A DNA stretch of 64,000 bases from Candidatus Poribacteria bacterium (GCA_965214095.1 OZ243938.1:288001-352000), one strand, 5' to 3'; counted from the stretch's first letter, positions 28,481 through 37,997 are shown. A program made the numbers and translations. The notes: generated from the letters alone by a model not told the origin.

Positions 28481-29221
28481 TTATATCACTCGCAAGTCCA
28501 CATTTATATCAACATCACGCGTCAAAGTATTCGTCACAGGAGAAGCAGTGATGGTTTCCTGCCAAAGTTTTTCTAACACTTCATCATCAGCATCCGATGC
28601 TACGTATATCGTTCCGCTGACCTCTTTAAACCCGCTATGTCCGTCCTGCTCTGTTCCAAGAAAAACAAAGATGTTATCTATCTGACCACTTAGTGATATT
28701 TCTAGCTCATCTATCTGAATTTTCTGTTGTGAAGCACGAATTTGAAAACCCATCGCTAAACAAGCACCGAGTGCACCAAGAACATATTCTACTGCACTGG
28801 GTGCCTCATCACGTACATCAAAACTTGCAGGCTGTCCAACCGACCATGAGTGATTTCTACAGAATACCTTTGCCTGAAGACCACCATCCCAATGGATACG
28901 CGTCTTCCACTGATAATCTCGTGCTTGTTCGTAGGCAATATCTGCATCCTGTTCGGCTTCACCGCGTTGTACGAAATATTTGTTATGCTCAGGATCAGAT
29001 CGCCAACCGAGATATGGGTTTTCTGTCATCCGACACCAGGCTGGCAGATCCTCTTTGACACTGATTTCTGTACTACGTATTTCCAAGACTTCTCCATCAG
29101 GAACTTTTTCCATAGATTTACGAATGAGCAAGAGTAAACCAGAACCACAGTCAAGGTTTCCACCTTCACATATATGTGATGTTTGTAAAGAATCAGGGGC
29201 ATTTAAATCTTCTTCTCGCAT
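28481..29221 (-). CDS. TusA-like sulfur carrier fused to an OsmC-family domain
   Basis: N-terminal GGNLDCGSG...DLPAWCR (TusA/SirA fold); C-terminal PSAVEYVLGALGAC...SPVTNTL (OsmC with the second Cys replaced by Ser). Confidence 0.85.
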   Translation of the reverse strand: MREEDLNAPDSLQTSHICEGGNLDCGSGLLLLIRKSMEKVPDGEVLEIRSTEISVKEDLPAWCRMTENPYLGWRSDPEHNKYFVQRGEAEQDADIAYEQARDYQWKTRIHWDGGLQAKVFCRNHSWSVGQPASFDVRDEAPSAVEYVLGALGACLAMGFQIRASQQKIQIDELEISLSGQIDNIFVFLGTEQDGHSGFKEVSGTIYVASDADDEVLEKLWQETITASPVTNTLTRDVDINVDLRVI

Positions 29222-29329
29222 ATATTTCCTTTGTGAAAGATAGATTCTGTCTTAACTTTATCTATAGAAAGTATTTGCAAATCTGTTTTATCGTTTGTCT
29301 GTTTTGTATTATATGTTTTATTTTGAAGG

Positions 29330-29544
29330 TGGGCAAGGGTGTTGTGGGTTTATTGAGAAGAATATTAGTGGTCTTAATAATGAAACCCTCCCTATGTATT
29401 CGTTTACTCTAAGTGAGAAATATCAAATGATCTTTTGGTAAACAACCATATTTACATTGGGAGGGAGACATGTTTGTCAGAATTGGGATTCAACCGAACC
29501 CAATAGGCTATTACTGCAACAGACTGCAGGAACACCTTAACCCA
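29330..29544. ncRNA. Candidate structured non-coding RNA (multi-hairpin, closed by a 14-bp terminal stem)
   Basis: TGGGCAAGGGTGTT / AACACCTTAACCCA ends; internal stems TTATTGAGA/TCTTAATAA, CCCTCCC..ATGTA/TACAT..GGGAGGG, GTTTAC/GTAAAC, GACA/TGTC, ATTGGG..TTC/GAA..CCCAAT, CTGCA/TGCAG. Confidence 0.45.
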
Positions 29545-29547
29545 ATG

Positions 29548-29907
29548 TCAATAGGTAATGCAAGATGCACCAGTAGTTAAGAACTCAACAGCCTTTGCAC
29601 CACCAACTATCAATGCACTTTCAACAAGGTTATTTTCATCCAGACTTCGTTTCTTGAAGCATGGAGAACATACCCAAATTGTTCCACCCACCTCAACAAA
29701 ATCAGACATTAATTGTTTTAGTGGTGCAAAACTTTCTTCATGAATATCATCAGCGTAACCACTCTGTGATAGATGTACACCTTCAGTGCTAAGAAATATG
29801 ACTGTTTCAACACCGGATGCAACCGAAGCATTCGCAACAACAAAACCGACAGTGGCTTTGTCGGTATTATCTTTTGCATGCGTAATGCTTATCATTAACT
29901 TCGCCAT
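29548..29907 (-). CDS. DsrE/DsrF-like (peroxiredoxin-type sulfur transfer) protein
   Basis: IFLSTEGV, GGTIWVCSPCFKKR (CxxC), IVGGA. Confidence 0.88.
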   Translation of the reverse strand: MAKLMISITHAKDNTDKATVGFVVANASVASGVETVIFLSTEGVHLSQSGYADDIHEESFAPLKQLMSDFVEVGGTIWVCSPCFKKRSLDENNLVESALIVGGAKAVEFLTTGASCITY

Positions 29908-29912
29908 TATGT

Positions 29913-30170
29913 TTATACTCCTTTTTTAATATAAAAATAGGCATTGTCTTCTCCGCAGCAATCTGCAAGAAGTTCATTGCCTATCATGTTACACCATGCC
30001 GCGATGTCTACAGGGGCACCTGGATCCAAAGCGCGGACTTGTGCTATCTGCCCTTGCTCAAGAGTTCTCATGGATTTTAATAGTGCTATAATAAGGTCAC
30101 CACATCCGAGTTCTCCTAAATCAAAAACAGCATCTGGTTTTATGTCTGGTAAAACTACTTTTTCTCCCAT
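29913..30170 (-). CDS. Sulfurtransferase TusA/SirA family protein
   Basis: FDLGELGCGD, GQIAQVRALDPGAPVDIAAWC, YFYIKK. Start uncertain (30170 or 30206). Confidence 0.8.
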   Translation of the reverse strand: MGEKVVLPDIKPDAVFDLGELGCGDLIIALLKSMRTLEQGQIAQVRALDPGAPVDIAAWCNMIGNELLADCCGEDNAYFYIKKGV

Positions 30171-30236
30171 ATAAAATAAAATACCATATAATTTTTCAGA
30201 TGTCAATCTAATTAAACCGACAATTGAGAGTTATAC

Positions 30237-31106
30237 TTAACGTTCAAGCCATCCCGGTAATTTTATGTTTTCCGACATTTTCCATGCAGTTAGATAGAGA
30301 GATGCTGTCCAACGCACACCCTCTCGTGAGCGGTCATTCGTAAACTCAATTAATTCTGTGGAAGGTTTTTTGAGTGCCTCATATTGTTCAACAAGTTCAT
30401 ATACATTATCTACCAAGTTAAAGCCTTCTTTTAACTGCTTGACAATTGCTGGAAATAAGTCACCAACCATCTCTACTTTTTGATCCTTGGCAAGTTCAGA
30501 TGGATCAAGTTTTAATACCTCAATTGATGAATCTACTTTCTCATGGATTCCACTATGCAGTTTTGAACCGTCCTTTTGAACAATACCATCAAAATGTACA
30601 GTCAAGTGTAGAGGTTGGCACATGTCTTGTGCATAGTGACCGAGAAATCCCGCATATACATAACATTTGTATTGTATTATCGGATTATCAGGCCATTTGC
30701 GATATTCTGCAAAAGCGATAGCCAGTCGTTCTGTCCATTCCGCTACTGCATAGGGTAGGTAACCAACTTTGCCTGGATCCTGATTCAACTCTGCACACAA
30801 TTTGATGAATGCATCACGATTAACTGGTACAGGATTATCTTTGATGAGTTCCAGATCAAAGTAATGTTCACCGTGTTCTGCTATCCGAGCATGTGCCATA
30901 TCACGATTCTTAGACACATCAGGATCATAAGCACAATGTGTGATCATACTTTCACCTGATGCTGACCTGAAAAATTCAGGTAATTCGTCAGGTAACGCTT
31001 TAATAGAGGCTTGTGTGAGGATGTCATGTCCACCACCCCACCATGCAAAAGTGGGAGAAGAAAGCACGAACACCGATAGAACCAATACTTGTAATATACG
31101 TTTCAT
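30237..31106 (-). CDS. Secreted S1/P1 nuclease / zinc-dependent phospholipase C-like protein
   Basis: Signal peptide then mature WWGGGH; PD, HYFD, GHYAQDMCQPLH and IHE zinc ligands. Confidence 0.8.
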   Translation of the reverse strand: MKRILQVLVLSVFVLSSPTFAWWGGGHDILTQASIKALPDELPEFFRSASGESMITHCAYDPDVSKNRDMAHARIAEHGEHYFDLELIKDNPVPVNRDAFIKLCAELNQDPGKVGYLPYAVAEWTERLAIAFAEYRKWPDNPIIQYKCYVYAGFLGHYAQDMCQPLHLTVHFDGIVQKDGSKLHSGIHEKVDSSIEVLKLDPSELAKDQKVEMVGDLFPAIVKQLKEGFNLVDNVYELVEQYEALKKPSTELIEFTNDRSREGVRWTASLYLTAWKMSENIKLPGWLER

Positions 31107-31123
31107 AATACTCCTTTATACTA

Positions 31124-32083
31124 TTAGTCAGCTGCGAGATATTCTGAAGATTCATCTTCGTGCCATTGGAATTGAAGGTCTGTAGTTTCATGCGGTTTAA
31201 ACGGTATAGCAACGGTATCAACATCAGCACCGATGATGTCTATATTCTTTAGATCCGCAGTGCCGTAACCTAATTCATTGGCATAGTTGAACAATCCAAT
31301 CTCCATAGGTTCAAATCCCATTGCTTTTGATGTGACAGCATCTGCAGCGAACACATCACCACTTGCTATAGCAATTCCGAGAGGAACTGAATTGGTGCCA
31401 CCTGGACCGTTCCCTTGTAATCCAACAGTTCCATCAACAATAGCAATGTCTGGCTTAAGATAACGTGATAACCGAAGTAGGTTGATATTTAGGCTTTGTG
31501 CTTCACGCGGAAGCTCACGATCTGCATGACTATGATAACCGTGCATTTTAATGCGGTCCTCTTTGTGCAATGTTCCCATAATCATGTTTTTCATTGCAAG
31601 GGTAACAACACCAGCATCATGCGTCTTTGCAATAGCAACAGATATGGTGCAGGGACAATCAAGAACGATCTTCGGCATCCGGACAGTATCTGACTTCCGA
31701 TCTGCAAGAAACGCTGTGGTTTCCACCCATTCAGTTTCTTGATGTAAATCAACCAGTCTGATAGGAACATCATACTCCGCTTGTAGCGCATCATATCCAA
31801 AGATTTGAAATGCTTCACCAGAAAACGATTCATTAGCACCCTCAGCGATGATAATCTCGTTTGGTCGTTGTGGAGTGCTCAATAGAAAGTCAATAGCACC
31901 ACGTATCACATCAACATGTGAGGATGCAAGTTGATTTGTGCTGGAGAGGAAATTCGGCTTTAACAACACTTGTTCACGCACTTTCGGTGTGATGTCATCA
32001 CGGATATTGTTTAGTGCTTCATAAACATTAGAACGTCGTCTTCCAGTTTTGGCAAGACCTACTTTTGTAACATTCGTAGCCAT
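31124..32083 (-). CDS. DUF362 family protein
   Basis: VLLKPN, IAEG, KTHD..VTLAMKN, IVDG..GLQGNGP, D.FAAD. Confidence 0.85.
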   Translation of the reverse strand: MATNVTKVGLAKTGRRRSNVYEALNNIRDDITPKVREQVLLKPNFLSSTNQLASSHVDVIRGAIDFLLSTPQRPNEIIIAEGANESFSGEAFQIFGYDALQAEYDVPIRLVDLHQETEWVETTAFLADRKSDTVRMPKIVLDCPCTISVAIAKTHDAGVVTLAMKNMIMGTLHKEDRIKMHGYHSHADRELPREAQSLNINLLRLSRYLKPDIAIVDGTVGLQGNGPGGTNSVPLGIAIASGDVFAADAVTSKAMGFEPMEIGLFNYANELGYGTADLKNIDIIGADVDTVAIPFKPHETTDLQFQWHEDESSEYLAAD

Positions 32084-32142
32084 ATAGTTTCTCCCTTTAT
32101 TTACAAAGGACACATCATTGATTAGAATTAAACGATTGACAG

Positions 32143-33024
32143 TTATCCATCTAAAATTGGTCGTAATAGTCCCCGATTTTTTTCTAAGAGTATAGTTGCA
32201 TCATCTTTGTTGATTCCTTTAACCAACATTACAATTGCTATCTTTGCATTACCTTCAGCTTTATTCAAAGTCTTTCGTGCAATTGCGGTTTCTACACCTG
32301 TAACAGTTTGAACAATTCTGATACACCGCTCAACTAATTTTGAATTTGTGGCATTCACATCCACCATAAGGTTATTATATACTTTTCCAATTTTCACCAT
32401 TGAAACGGTTGTCAGCATATTTAGAACTAATTTTGTTGCAGTTCCGGCTTTCAAACGAGTTGACCCTGTGATTATTTCAGGACCAACAATTGGGGTGATG
32501 AAGTGATCAACATACTCCTCTAATTCTTCTGCAGGTGGAACACACGACAGAAATATAGTTTTGACTCCAATTGCATGTGCTTGGTTTAATGCACCTAAAA
32601 CATAAGGAGTTCTTCCACTTGTTGCTATGCCAACGAGAATGTCTTTCTCTGTCAGTTTAAAGTCAAGAATTGCATTTGCACCGCGATCTAGTTTATCCTC
32701 TTCACCTTCTACTGCATTACGCAAAGCCGTATCCCCTCCTGCAATGATTCCTTGTACCATTTCTGGGTGTGTACTAAAGGTAGGTGGACATTCAGAAGCG
32801 TCCAAAACACCAAGTCTCCCACTTGTCCCCGCACCAATGTAAAAGAGGCTACCTCCATTTTGAAATGTCTTGACTATCATCTCAATTGCATGTGAGATGG
32901 ATTCTGATTCATCTGCAACTGCATCTATTGCCTTTTGATCTTCCTCGTGAAAAATCTGAACGATTTCTGAGATTGACCTTAAATCAATGTCAGTTGAATT
33001 TGGATTTCGTTGTTCTGTTATCAC
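32143..33024 (-). CDS. murQ: N-acetylmuramic acid 6-phosphate etherase
   Basis: TEQRNP, GAGTSGRLGVLDASECPPTF, SGRTPYV, GPEIITGSTRLKAGTATKLVLNM. Confidence 0.97.
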   Translation of the reverse strand: MITEQRNPNSTDIDLRSISEIVQIFHEEDQKAIDAVADESESISHAIEMIVKTFQNGGSLFYIGAGTSGRLGVLDASECPPTFSTHPEMVQGIIAGGDTALRNAVEGEEDKLDRGANAILDFKLTEKDILVGIATSGRTPYVLGALNQAHAIGVKTIFLSCVPPAEELEEYVDHFITPIVGPEIITGSTRLKAGTATKLVLNMLTTVSMVKIGKVYNNLMVDVNATNSKLVERCIRIVQTVTGVETAIARKTLNKAEGNAKIAIVMLVKGINKDDATILLEKNRGLLRPILDG

Positions 33025-33038
33025 AATCAGGTAGTATA

Positions 33039-33959
33039 CTATTCAGTTAGTTTATTATTTTCCATTGCCAATAGAACTGCACCATAAGCTGGTTCATGTA
33101 TCGGCTTAATAACATTGCTTCCAATTATTATCTTCTCAATCCATCTTTGAAGTTTATCCGCTAAAAGTGATTGATTTAATAATATTCCTCCAGTAAATAC
33201 TATATCAAACTGCTGAGTGAAATCCAATTGTACCGTCACCGTCTCAACTGCACAAGCGAGTTCACTAAATGCGTTATCTACAATTTGAATTGCTCTCTCA
33301 TCATTCATTTCTGCTGCTTCAAATACCGATCCGGACAATTGTGCGATTTCATCTCTGCTTGCAGCGTGTGTCCACCGAATCAATTCGTTTGGAGCATTCA
33401 GCTCAAGTCTCTTCAGAATCAAGTCCGTTAACAGAGTCGATTGTCCACGTTTGTCTGCTGCGCGTGTGATAGATTGTAATCCCTTTAGGGCAATATCGTA
33501 TCCACTTCCTTCATCTCCGAGTAGATAACCCCACCCACTTGCACGAACCTCTTTACCGCTCTCATTGATTCCATATACAATCGAACCTGTTCCAGAAATT
33601 ACTATCACACCTGCTTGTTTTCCTGTTCCACCAACTAATGCAATATGTGCGTCATGTGTAAGAATACGATCCTCATTTATTCCTATCTTATCGCAAATCT
33701 GTCCGATAACGATTCTATCTTCTTCTCGTCCCAATCCAGCCATACCTATGCATACTGGAATAGACTGAAACGAGGTGTTATCAATATGAGTGGATAGTTC
33801 CGTAATGATTTCAAGCAGAACTGCTTGTGTCTGTTCAATGCCAACAACGTGATAGTTTGATGGACCTGCCTGAACTTTTGCAACAATTTCACCAGTTTCT
33901 GTTGCTAAAATACTTGCTGTTTTTGTTCCTCCGCCATCAATTCCGATTACATAACTCAT
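33039..33959 (-). CDS. BadF/BadG/BcrA/BcrD ATPase family N-acetylglucosamine/MurNAc kinase
   Basis: GIDGGGTKT, GMAG, HDAHIAL, ISGTGS, GWGYLLGDEGSG; adjacent to murQ. Confidence 0.9.
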   Translation of the reverse strand: MSYVIGIDGGGTKTASILATETGEIVAKVQAGPSNYHVVGIEQTQAVLLEIITELSTHIDNTSFQSIPVCIGMAGLGREEDRIVIGQICDKIGINEDRILTHDAHIALVGGTGKQAGVIVISGTGSIVYGINESGKEVRASGWGYLLGDEGSGYDIALKGLQSITRAADKRGQSTLLTDLILKRLELNAPNELIRWTHAASRDEIAQLSGSVFEAAEMNDERAIQIVDNAFSELACAVETVTVQLDFTQQFDIVFTGGILLNQSLLADKLQRWIEKIIIGSNVIKPIHEPAYGAVLLAMENNKLTE

Positions 33960-34002
33960 AGAACACATCTATAGCACAATACTCATCAGGATAACATATT
34001 CA

Positions 34003-34031
34003 TTGACAATTCAGATTAAATCAGTTAGAGT
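34003..34031 (+). promoter_or_regulatory. sigma70-type promoter
   Basis: TTGACA-N17-TAGAGT, about 50 nt upstream of the ATG at 34083. Confidence 0.55.
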
Positions 34032-34082
34032 AATATAGCACAATTCATATCAAAACACAATCATTTTATCTGGAGATCTCTC

Positions 34083-35042
34083 ATGAAAACAATACAATGG
34101 TTTCTCTTTCTATCATTCACATTATTAGTTTTATCGGGTTGTTCACAGGACAGTACCCAAGTTGAGTGGAAAAAGGTAGACAGTGGAACAGAAGCACATC
34201 TCTACGGAATTCATTTTGGAGATGATAAACATGGTTGGACAGTCGGTACAAATGATACTATCCTGTCTACAACCGATGGTGGAAAAACTTGGACTGAAAC
34301 AAAAAATGAAAAAGTAACTGATACATCAACAGATACTAATTATACACATGTAAACTTCACATCTCCGAAGCATGGTTGGTTGGCAAGTATAGGTAAGGTG
34401 TCGTATACCGGAAGTGGTGGAAATTCATGGAGTGTTCAATACCAAGAACGCACAGTTGGAAAGAAACCTTCTGGGATATTAGACTTATATTTTGTCACGA
34501 AAACAGAAGGTTGGGCAGTTGGAGGACTTGGAACAATTCTCCATACACAGAACGGTGGTGGAAAATGGGAAAAGATCAAGACATTTTCTGATATACATCT
34601 GTGGGGTGTGTTTTTTGTTGACACTGACCACGGATGGATTGTTGGACAAGAAGGTGAAATCTTACATACAGAAGACGGTGGTAAACAGTGGATACGTCAA
34701 GATAGTAGAGTAGAACAACCTTTATTTGCTGTCCATTTTGTGGATACAATGAATGGTTGGATTGTGGGAACAGATGGTCTGATTTTGCATACTGCTGATG
34801 GTGGAGAAACATGGGACCGACAGACAAATCCTCTTAAACAGAGTCTACGAGATGTTGAATTTCGTAATGAAAAAGATGGGTGGGCAGTTGGAGAAGAAGG
34901 TATGATATTACATACCAATGATGGTGGTATCACATGGAACCCTTATCCATCGCCAACCACGCACAATTTACAGGATATTTTCTTCACAAAAAAATCTGGC
35001 TGGATTGTTGGGGAGAAGGGTACAATACTGATGAGGAAGTAG
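34083..35042 (+). CDS. YCF48/BNR-repeat beta-propeller lipoprotein
   Basis: Lipobox LSGC; repeated GW.VG..G.ILHT.DGG.TW units. Confidence 0.88.
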   Translation: MKTIQWFLFLSFTLLVLSGCSQDSTQVEWKKVDSGTEAHLYGIHFGDDKHGWTVGTNDTILSTTDGGKTWTETKNEKVTDTSTDTNYTHVNFTSPKHGWLASIGKVSYTGSGGNSWSVQYQERTVGKKPSGILDLYFVTKTEGWAVGGLGTILHTQNGGGKWEKIKTFSDIHLWGVFFVDTDHGWIVGQEGEILHTEDGGKQWIRQDSRVEQPLFAVHFVDTMNGWIVGTDGLILHTADGGETWDRQTNPLKQSLRDVEFRNEKDGWAVGEEGMILHTNDGGITWNPYPSPTTHNLQDIFFTKKSGWIVGEKGTILMRK

Positions 35043-35084
35043 ATTGCAATATGCCTCAAATATAGTGTATTCTAATGCAATTCA

Positions 35085-35480
35085 TTATTTTGATATCAAA
35101 GACAGATAGTAATCATGAAATTTATTGATATAGTGTTGTTGGATGGCAGTTGTGACAAAACCTAATCCGAACAGTGTAAGTAGAACTGCTGTTATGGGTA
35201 AGTGCCGATGCACCTGTAAATTGTATTTATGTTCAACCCAGTTAATGCTCTGTGACATTTTGTATTCTTCAAATACTCCGTAAATTCCACATGTAAAGAA
35301 TGAAAGAAAAATCCATCGCCAAAAATAGTATTCTGTCCTACCCAACCATGCATTCAGTGTTTTCATCTGCCTGTATTGCCAATACAGTAAATAAATTCCC
35401 AAAGTAAGCAGAGATAGAATAATACTGACAGCAATGTTCTGCGTAATGCTATATGTTTGATATGGGTTTTGGATTTGCAT
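35085..35480 (-). CDS. DUF4234 family membrane protein
   Basis: IILSLLTLGIYLLYWQY...FFTCGIY...IQQHYIN; paralogue of 36043-36429. Confidence 0.8.
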   Translation of the reverse strand: MQIQNPYQTYSITQNIAVSIILSLLTLGIYLLYWQYRQMKTLNAWLGRTEYYFWRWIFLSFFTCGIYGVFEEYKMSQSINWVEHKYNLQVHRHLPITAVLLTLFGLGFVTTAIQQHYINKFHDYYLSLISK

Positions 35481-35490
35481 CTATATGTTA

Positions 35491-35625
35491 TACCACTTCT
35501 AATTAAAAACTACTCATTATCAAAACAGACGCTCGTAGTCGCGCAATTCATTGCGCCTCTTACATTCAGCAAATTGAGGATAAATCTACAAATTCACAAT
35601 GACACCTTATCTATTAGAATTGGTA
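35491..35625. mobile_element. MITE (TACCATTTCTA family), TTA duplication, with REP-like hairpin
   Basis: tta|TACCACTTCTAAT ... ATTAGAATTGGTA|tta. Internal GTAG-TC-GCGCAAT-TC-ATTGCGC. Confidence 0.8.
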
Positions 35626-35666
35626 TTACAATACTTTAATCTTCTAAAGAAACTTTGTCTATAGGG

Positions 35667-36050
35667 TTACCATATAATTGGCTTTAACTTCATAAACCAC
35701 ACTGAGAGACAGAAAACAATACCACAGATTGAAATAGAATTCCGTGTTCTTGTGGATAGACCGTTCCAAACATCTGTTATCTGAGATGGAAAGAGTGCGA
35801 TACCCATTGCTAAACCTATGAGGAGAAAAGAGAGTGGATGGTAATGCCACGCATCAGTGAAATGTCCGTGCGTAATGGAAAGACAAGCGCGTGTCATACC
35901 GCACCCTGGACACGGAACATCTGTCACAGTGTGAAATACACATGGTAGCAATGAGACTTCGTCTGGTGCTTTTGCAGTGACTGCTGTAAAGATCCCAATT
36001 ACTGCCAATCCTATAAGAAAAATACGAGCAATAAGAATGTGATTAACCAT
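35667..36050 (-). CDS. DUF2752 family membrane protein
   Basis: PCVFHTVTDVPCPGCGMTRA...AWHYHP. Confidence 0.88.
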   Translation of the reverse strand: MVNHILIARIFLIGLAVIGIFTAVTAKAPDEVSLLPCVFHTVTDVPCPGCGMTRACLSITHGHFTDAWHYHPLSFLLIGLAMGIALFPSQITDVWNGLSTRTRNSISICGIVFCLSVWFMKLKPIIW

Positions 36051-36429
36051 CAGTATGGTCACCGTAGAGTTTATTGATGTGATATTGTTGAATTGCTATT
36101 GAAACAATACCTACACTGAATAACGCTAACAGAACACATAGAATCGGTAAATTGATATCTACGTACATGCCTTTGTTCGTCTGAATTTCATTGATACCAG
36201 TCGCCATCTTATATTCATAGTATAATCCGAAAATACCACATGTTAGGAAAGAGAGTAAAAGCCATAAGATGAAAGAATAATCCTCTCTTCCAAGCCAAGC
36301 GTTTAGTGTTTCCATCTGTTTGTATTGCCAATATAGACTATATAGACCACAGGTTATTATTGTAAGTATGATTCCTGTTACAATATTGCGTCTTCCCTCG
36401 TACTCTGGATATGGATACTGATCTAGCAT
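36043..36429 (-). CDS. DUF4234 family membrane protein
   Basis: RNIVTGIILTIITCGLYSLYW...LTCGIF...IQQYHIN. Confidence 0.82.
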   Translation of the reverse strand: MLDQYPYPEYEGRRNIVTGIILTIITCGLYSLYWQYKQMETLNAWLGREDYSFILWLLLSFLTCGIFGLYYEYKMATGINEIQTNKGMYVDINLPILCVLLALFSVGIVSIAIQQYHINKLYGDHTDG

Positions 36430-36493
36430 TATTATCTCCAATTTTTAATCTGTCAATGTTTGTTAGAATATATTACGAAACCTTCTTGCATTT

Positions 36494-37543
36494 TTATTCA
36501 CGCGGCAAAGTAATTGTGTCTGGCACGATAATTTCTCTCTTGATAATTTTTTCTTTTAACGATTCTACCTTCGTTATAATTTCTTCTGAGAGTAGTGGCA
36601 TGTTGTGTTCATCAACTGCATAATAGACACCACCGTCTTCTAATCCAAAGTAACGCACTCCCGCCATGAAATTTCCATCAATGGTCTCTTGTATGATACG
36701 TTGAACAGATACAGGGATTTCTTTTGCCATACTCGTCAAAACAAGTCCAGGGGCAAGGTCGTTCCCGTTGGAATCCACCCAAATAATAAAGTTCTGTGTT
36801 TCTTGTGCTGCTTCAAGGACTCCCTGTCCTGAACCACCCGCTGCAGTGTATATGACATCAACACCACTTGCATATTGTGCTAATGCGATCTCTTTCGCTT
36901 TCTCAGGTTGAATGAAACCTGTAGCATCTAAACTGATGTATTCAACAGTAATATCAGCCATTGGATTAATTTCACGAATACCTGCAATATATCCGGCTTC
37001 AAATTCATGGAGTAATGGAACATCAGCACCACCGATATAACCTATTTTTCCAGTTTCTGATTTTAGTGCTGCGATTGCTCCGACAAGGAAGGATCCTTCA
37101 TTTGATTTATAGTTTAAAGCAGCTACGTTTGGCATTTCAAGTACGACATCAAAGATAGCAAATTTCACATCTGGAAAATCTGGAGCAACAAGTCTGAGAA
37201 TATCTCCCATTTGATAACCCGCTGTTATTACAAGATCAGAGTTTTGGGCGGCTTCTCTCATCAACATCTCAGTTGCGTCAGGATCGTTTTCATTTCCGTT
37301 CAATTCTGTTAGCATTATCCCAAGTTCAGTGACAGCAGTTCTTACACCGATATGAAAACCATCACAGTAAGCAGCAGATCCAACGCAGTCATTGGGATAA
37401 ATCATCGTTACTTTTAACGGTGTTGAATCCAACATACTTGCATCATCGGTGTCAACCACTTTCTCAACATATTCACATCCGAATACGACTACAGACATTA
37501 ATACTATAATCATTGGTAAACAAGCATTCTTGATATATTTCAT
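36494..37543 (-). CDS. BMP family ABC transporter substrate-binding lipoprotein
   Basis: Lipobox VFGC; EGSFLVG, KIGYIGG, DVIYTAAGGSG, IWVDS. Confidence 0.9.
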   Translation of the reverse strand: MKYIKNACLPMIIVLMSVVVFGCEYVEKVVDTDDASMLDSTPLKVTMIYPNDCVGSAAYCDGFHIGVRTAVTELGIMLTELNGNENDPDATEMLMREAAQNSDLVITAGYQMGDILRLVAPDFPDVKFAIFDVVLEMPNVAALNYKSNEGSFLVGAIAALKSETGKIGYIGGADVPLLHEFEAGYIAGIREINPMADITVEYISLDATGFIQPEKAKEIALAQYASGVDVIYTAAGGSGQGVLEAAQETQNFIIWVDSNGNDLAPGLVLTSMAKEIPVSVQRIIQETIDGNFMAGVRYFGLEDGGVYYAVDEHNMPLLSEEIITKVESLKEKIIKREIIVPDTITLPRE

Positions 37544-37622
37544 AGGTGCTCCAAATCTGTTGGGTGACTGATTAATCCTGAGACTGCAACAATGTGTTTG
37601 GGATGATTCATACAATCCTCCC

Positions 37623-37904
37623 TCACTTATTACTAAAATGACATCGCAAACGGTACCATCTTAGCTGCCAAATCAATTTACTTAACTTAATACGGTGCAT
37701 GCTTAGTTGCTTCCCATTCATTTCAAGTACTGGAATTAGCAGTTTATATTTAGAAAACAGTCCAAGATTCTTCGTAATGTCAATTTCCTCAACAGCAATA
37801 AACGGTAATTTCGCTTGGACGTTCTTCAATATTAATTTTGCCTCATCGCAAAGCGGACAATCCGACTTCGTATAGAATTTAAGTTGAAGCGGCGTGTTCT
37901 TCAT
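37623..37904 (-). CDS. Glutaredoxin-like protein (DUF836)
   Basis: YTKSDCPLCDEAK, EIDI, IPVL. The start ATG abuts the left end of the IS. Confidence 0.8.
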   Translation of the reverse strand: MKNTPLQLKFYTKSDCPLCDEAKLILKNVQAKLPFIAVEEIDITKNLGLFSKYKLLIPVLEMNGKQLSMHRIKLSKLIWQLRWYRLRCHFSNK

Positions 37905-37968
37905 CAACGTTTCGGGCAGGAAACCCAATCCTTTAGGTTTCGGAGGAATGCCCGCTCCTGTCCTTTTC

Positions 37969-37997
37969 TTGACAACTCATGTCAGATCTGTTATACT
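37969..37997 (+). promoter_or_regulatory. Strong sigma70 promoter of tnpB
   Basis: TTGACA-N17-TATACT with TG extended -10. Confidence 0.75.

Noticed and set aside
29330-29544. Cobalamin or SAM-I riboswitch, group II intron or retron msr-msd as the identity of the structured element
   Set aside because: No AGGGAA/B12 box, no SAM-I AUC...GAU core, no domain V AGC triad and no reverse transcriptase nearby.
29446-29550. TGA stop of dsrE followed by hairpins, a possible selenocysteine readthrough given selA in the window
   Set aside because: The protein ends at the normal DsrE C-terminus, the TGA does not align to a conserved Cys, and the readthrough peptide looks random.
34083-35042. YCF48-like protein as a sign of photosystem II assembly
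   Set aside because: Generic BNR beta-propeller lipoprotein common in non-phototrophs; no photosynthesis genes nearby.
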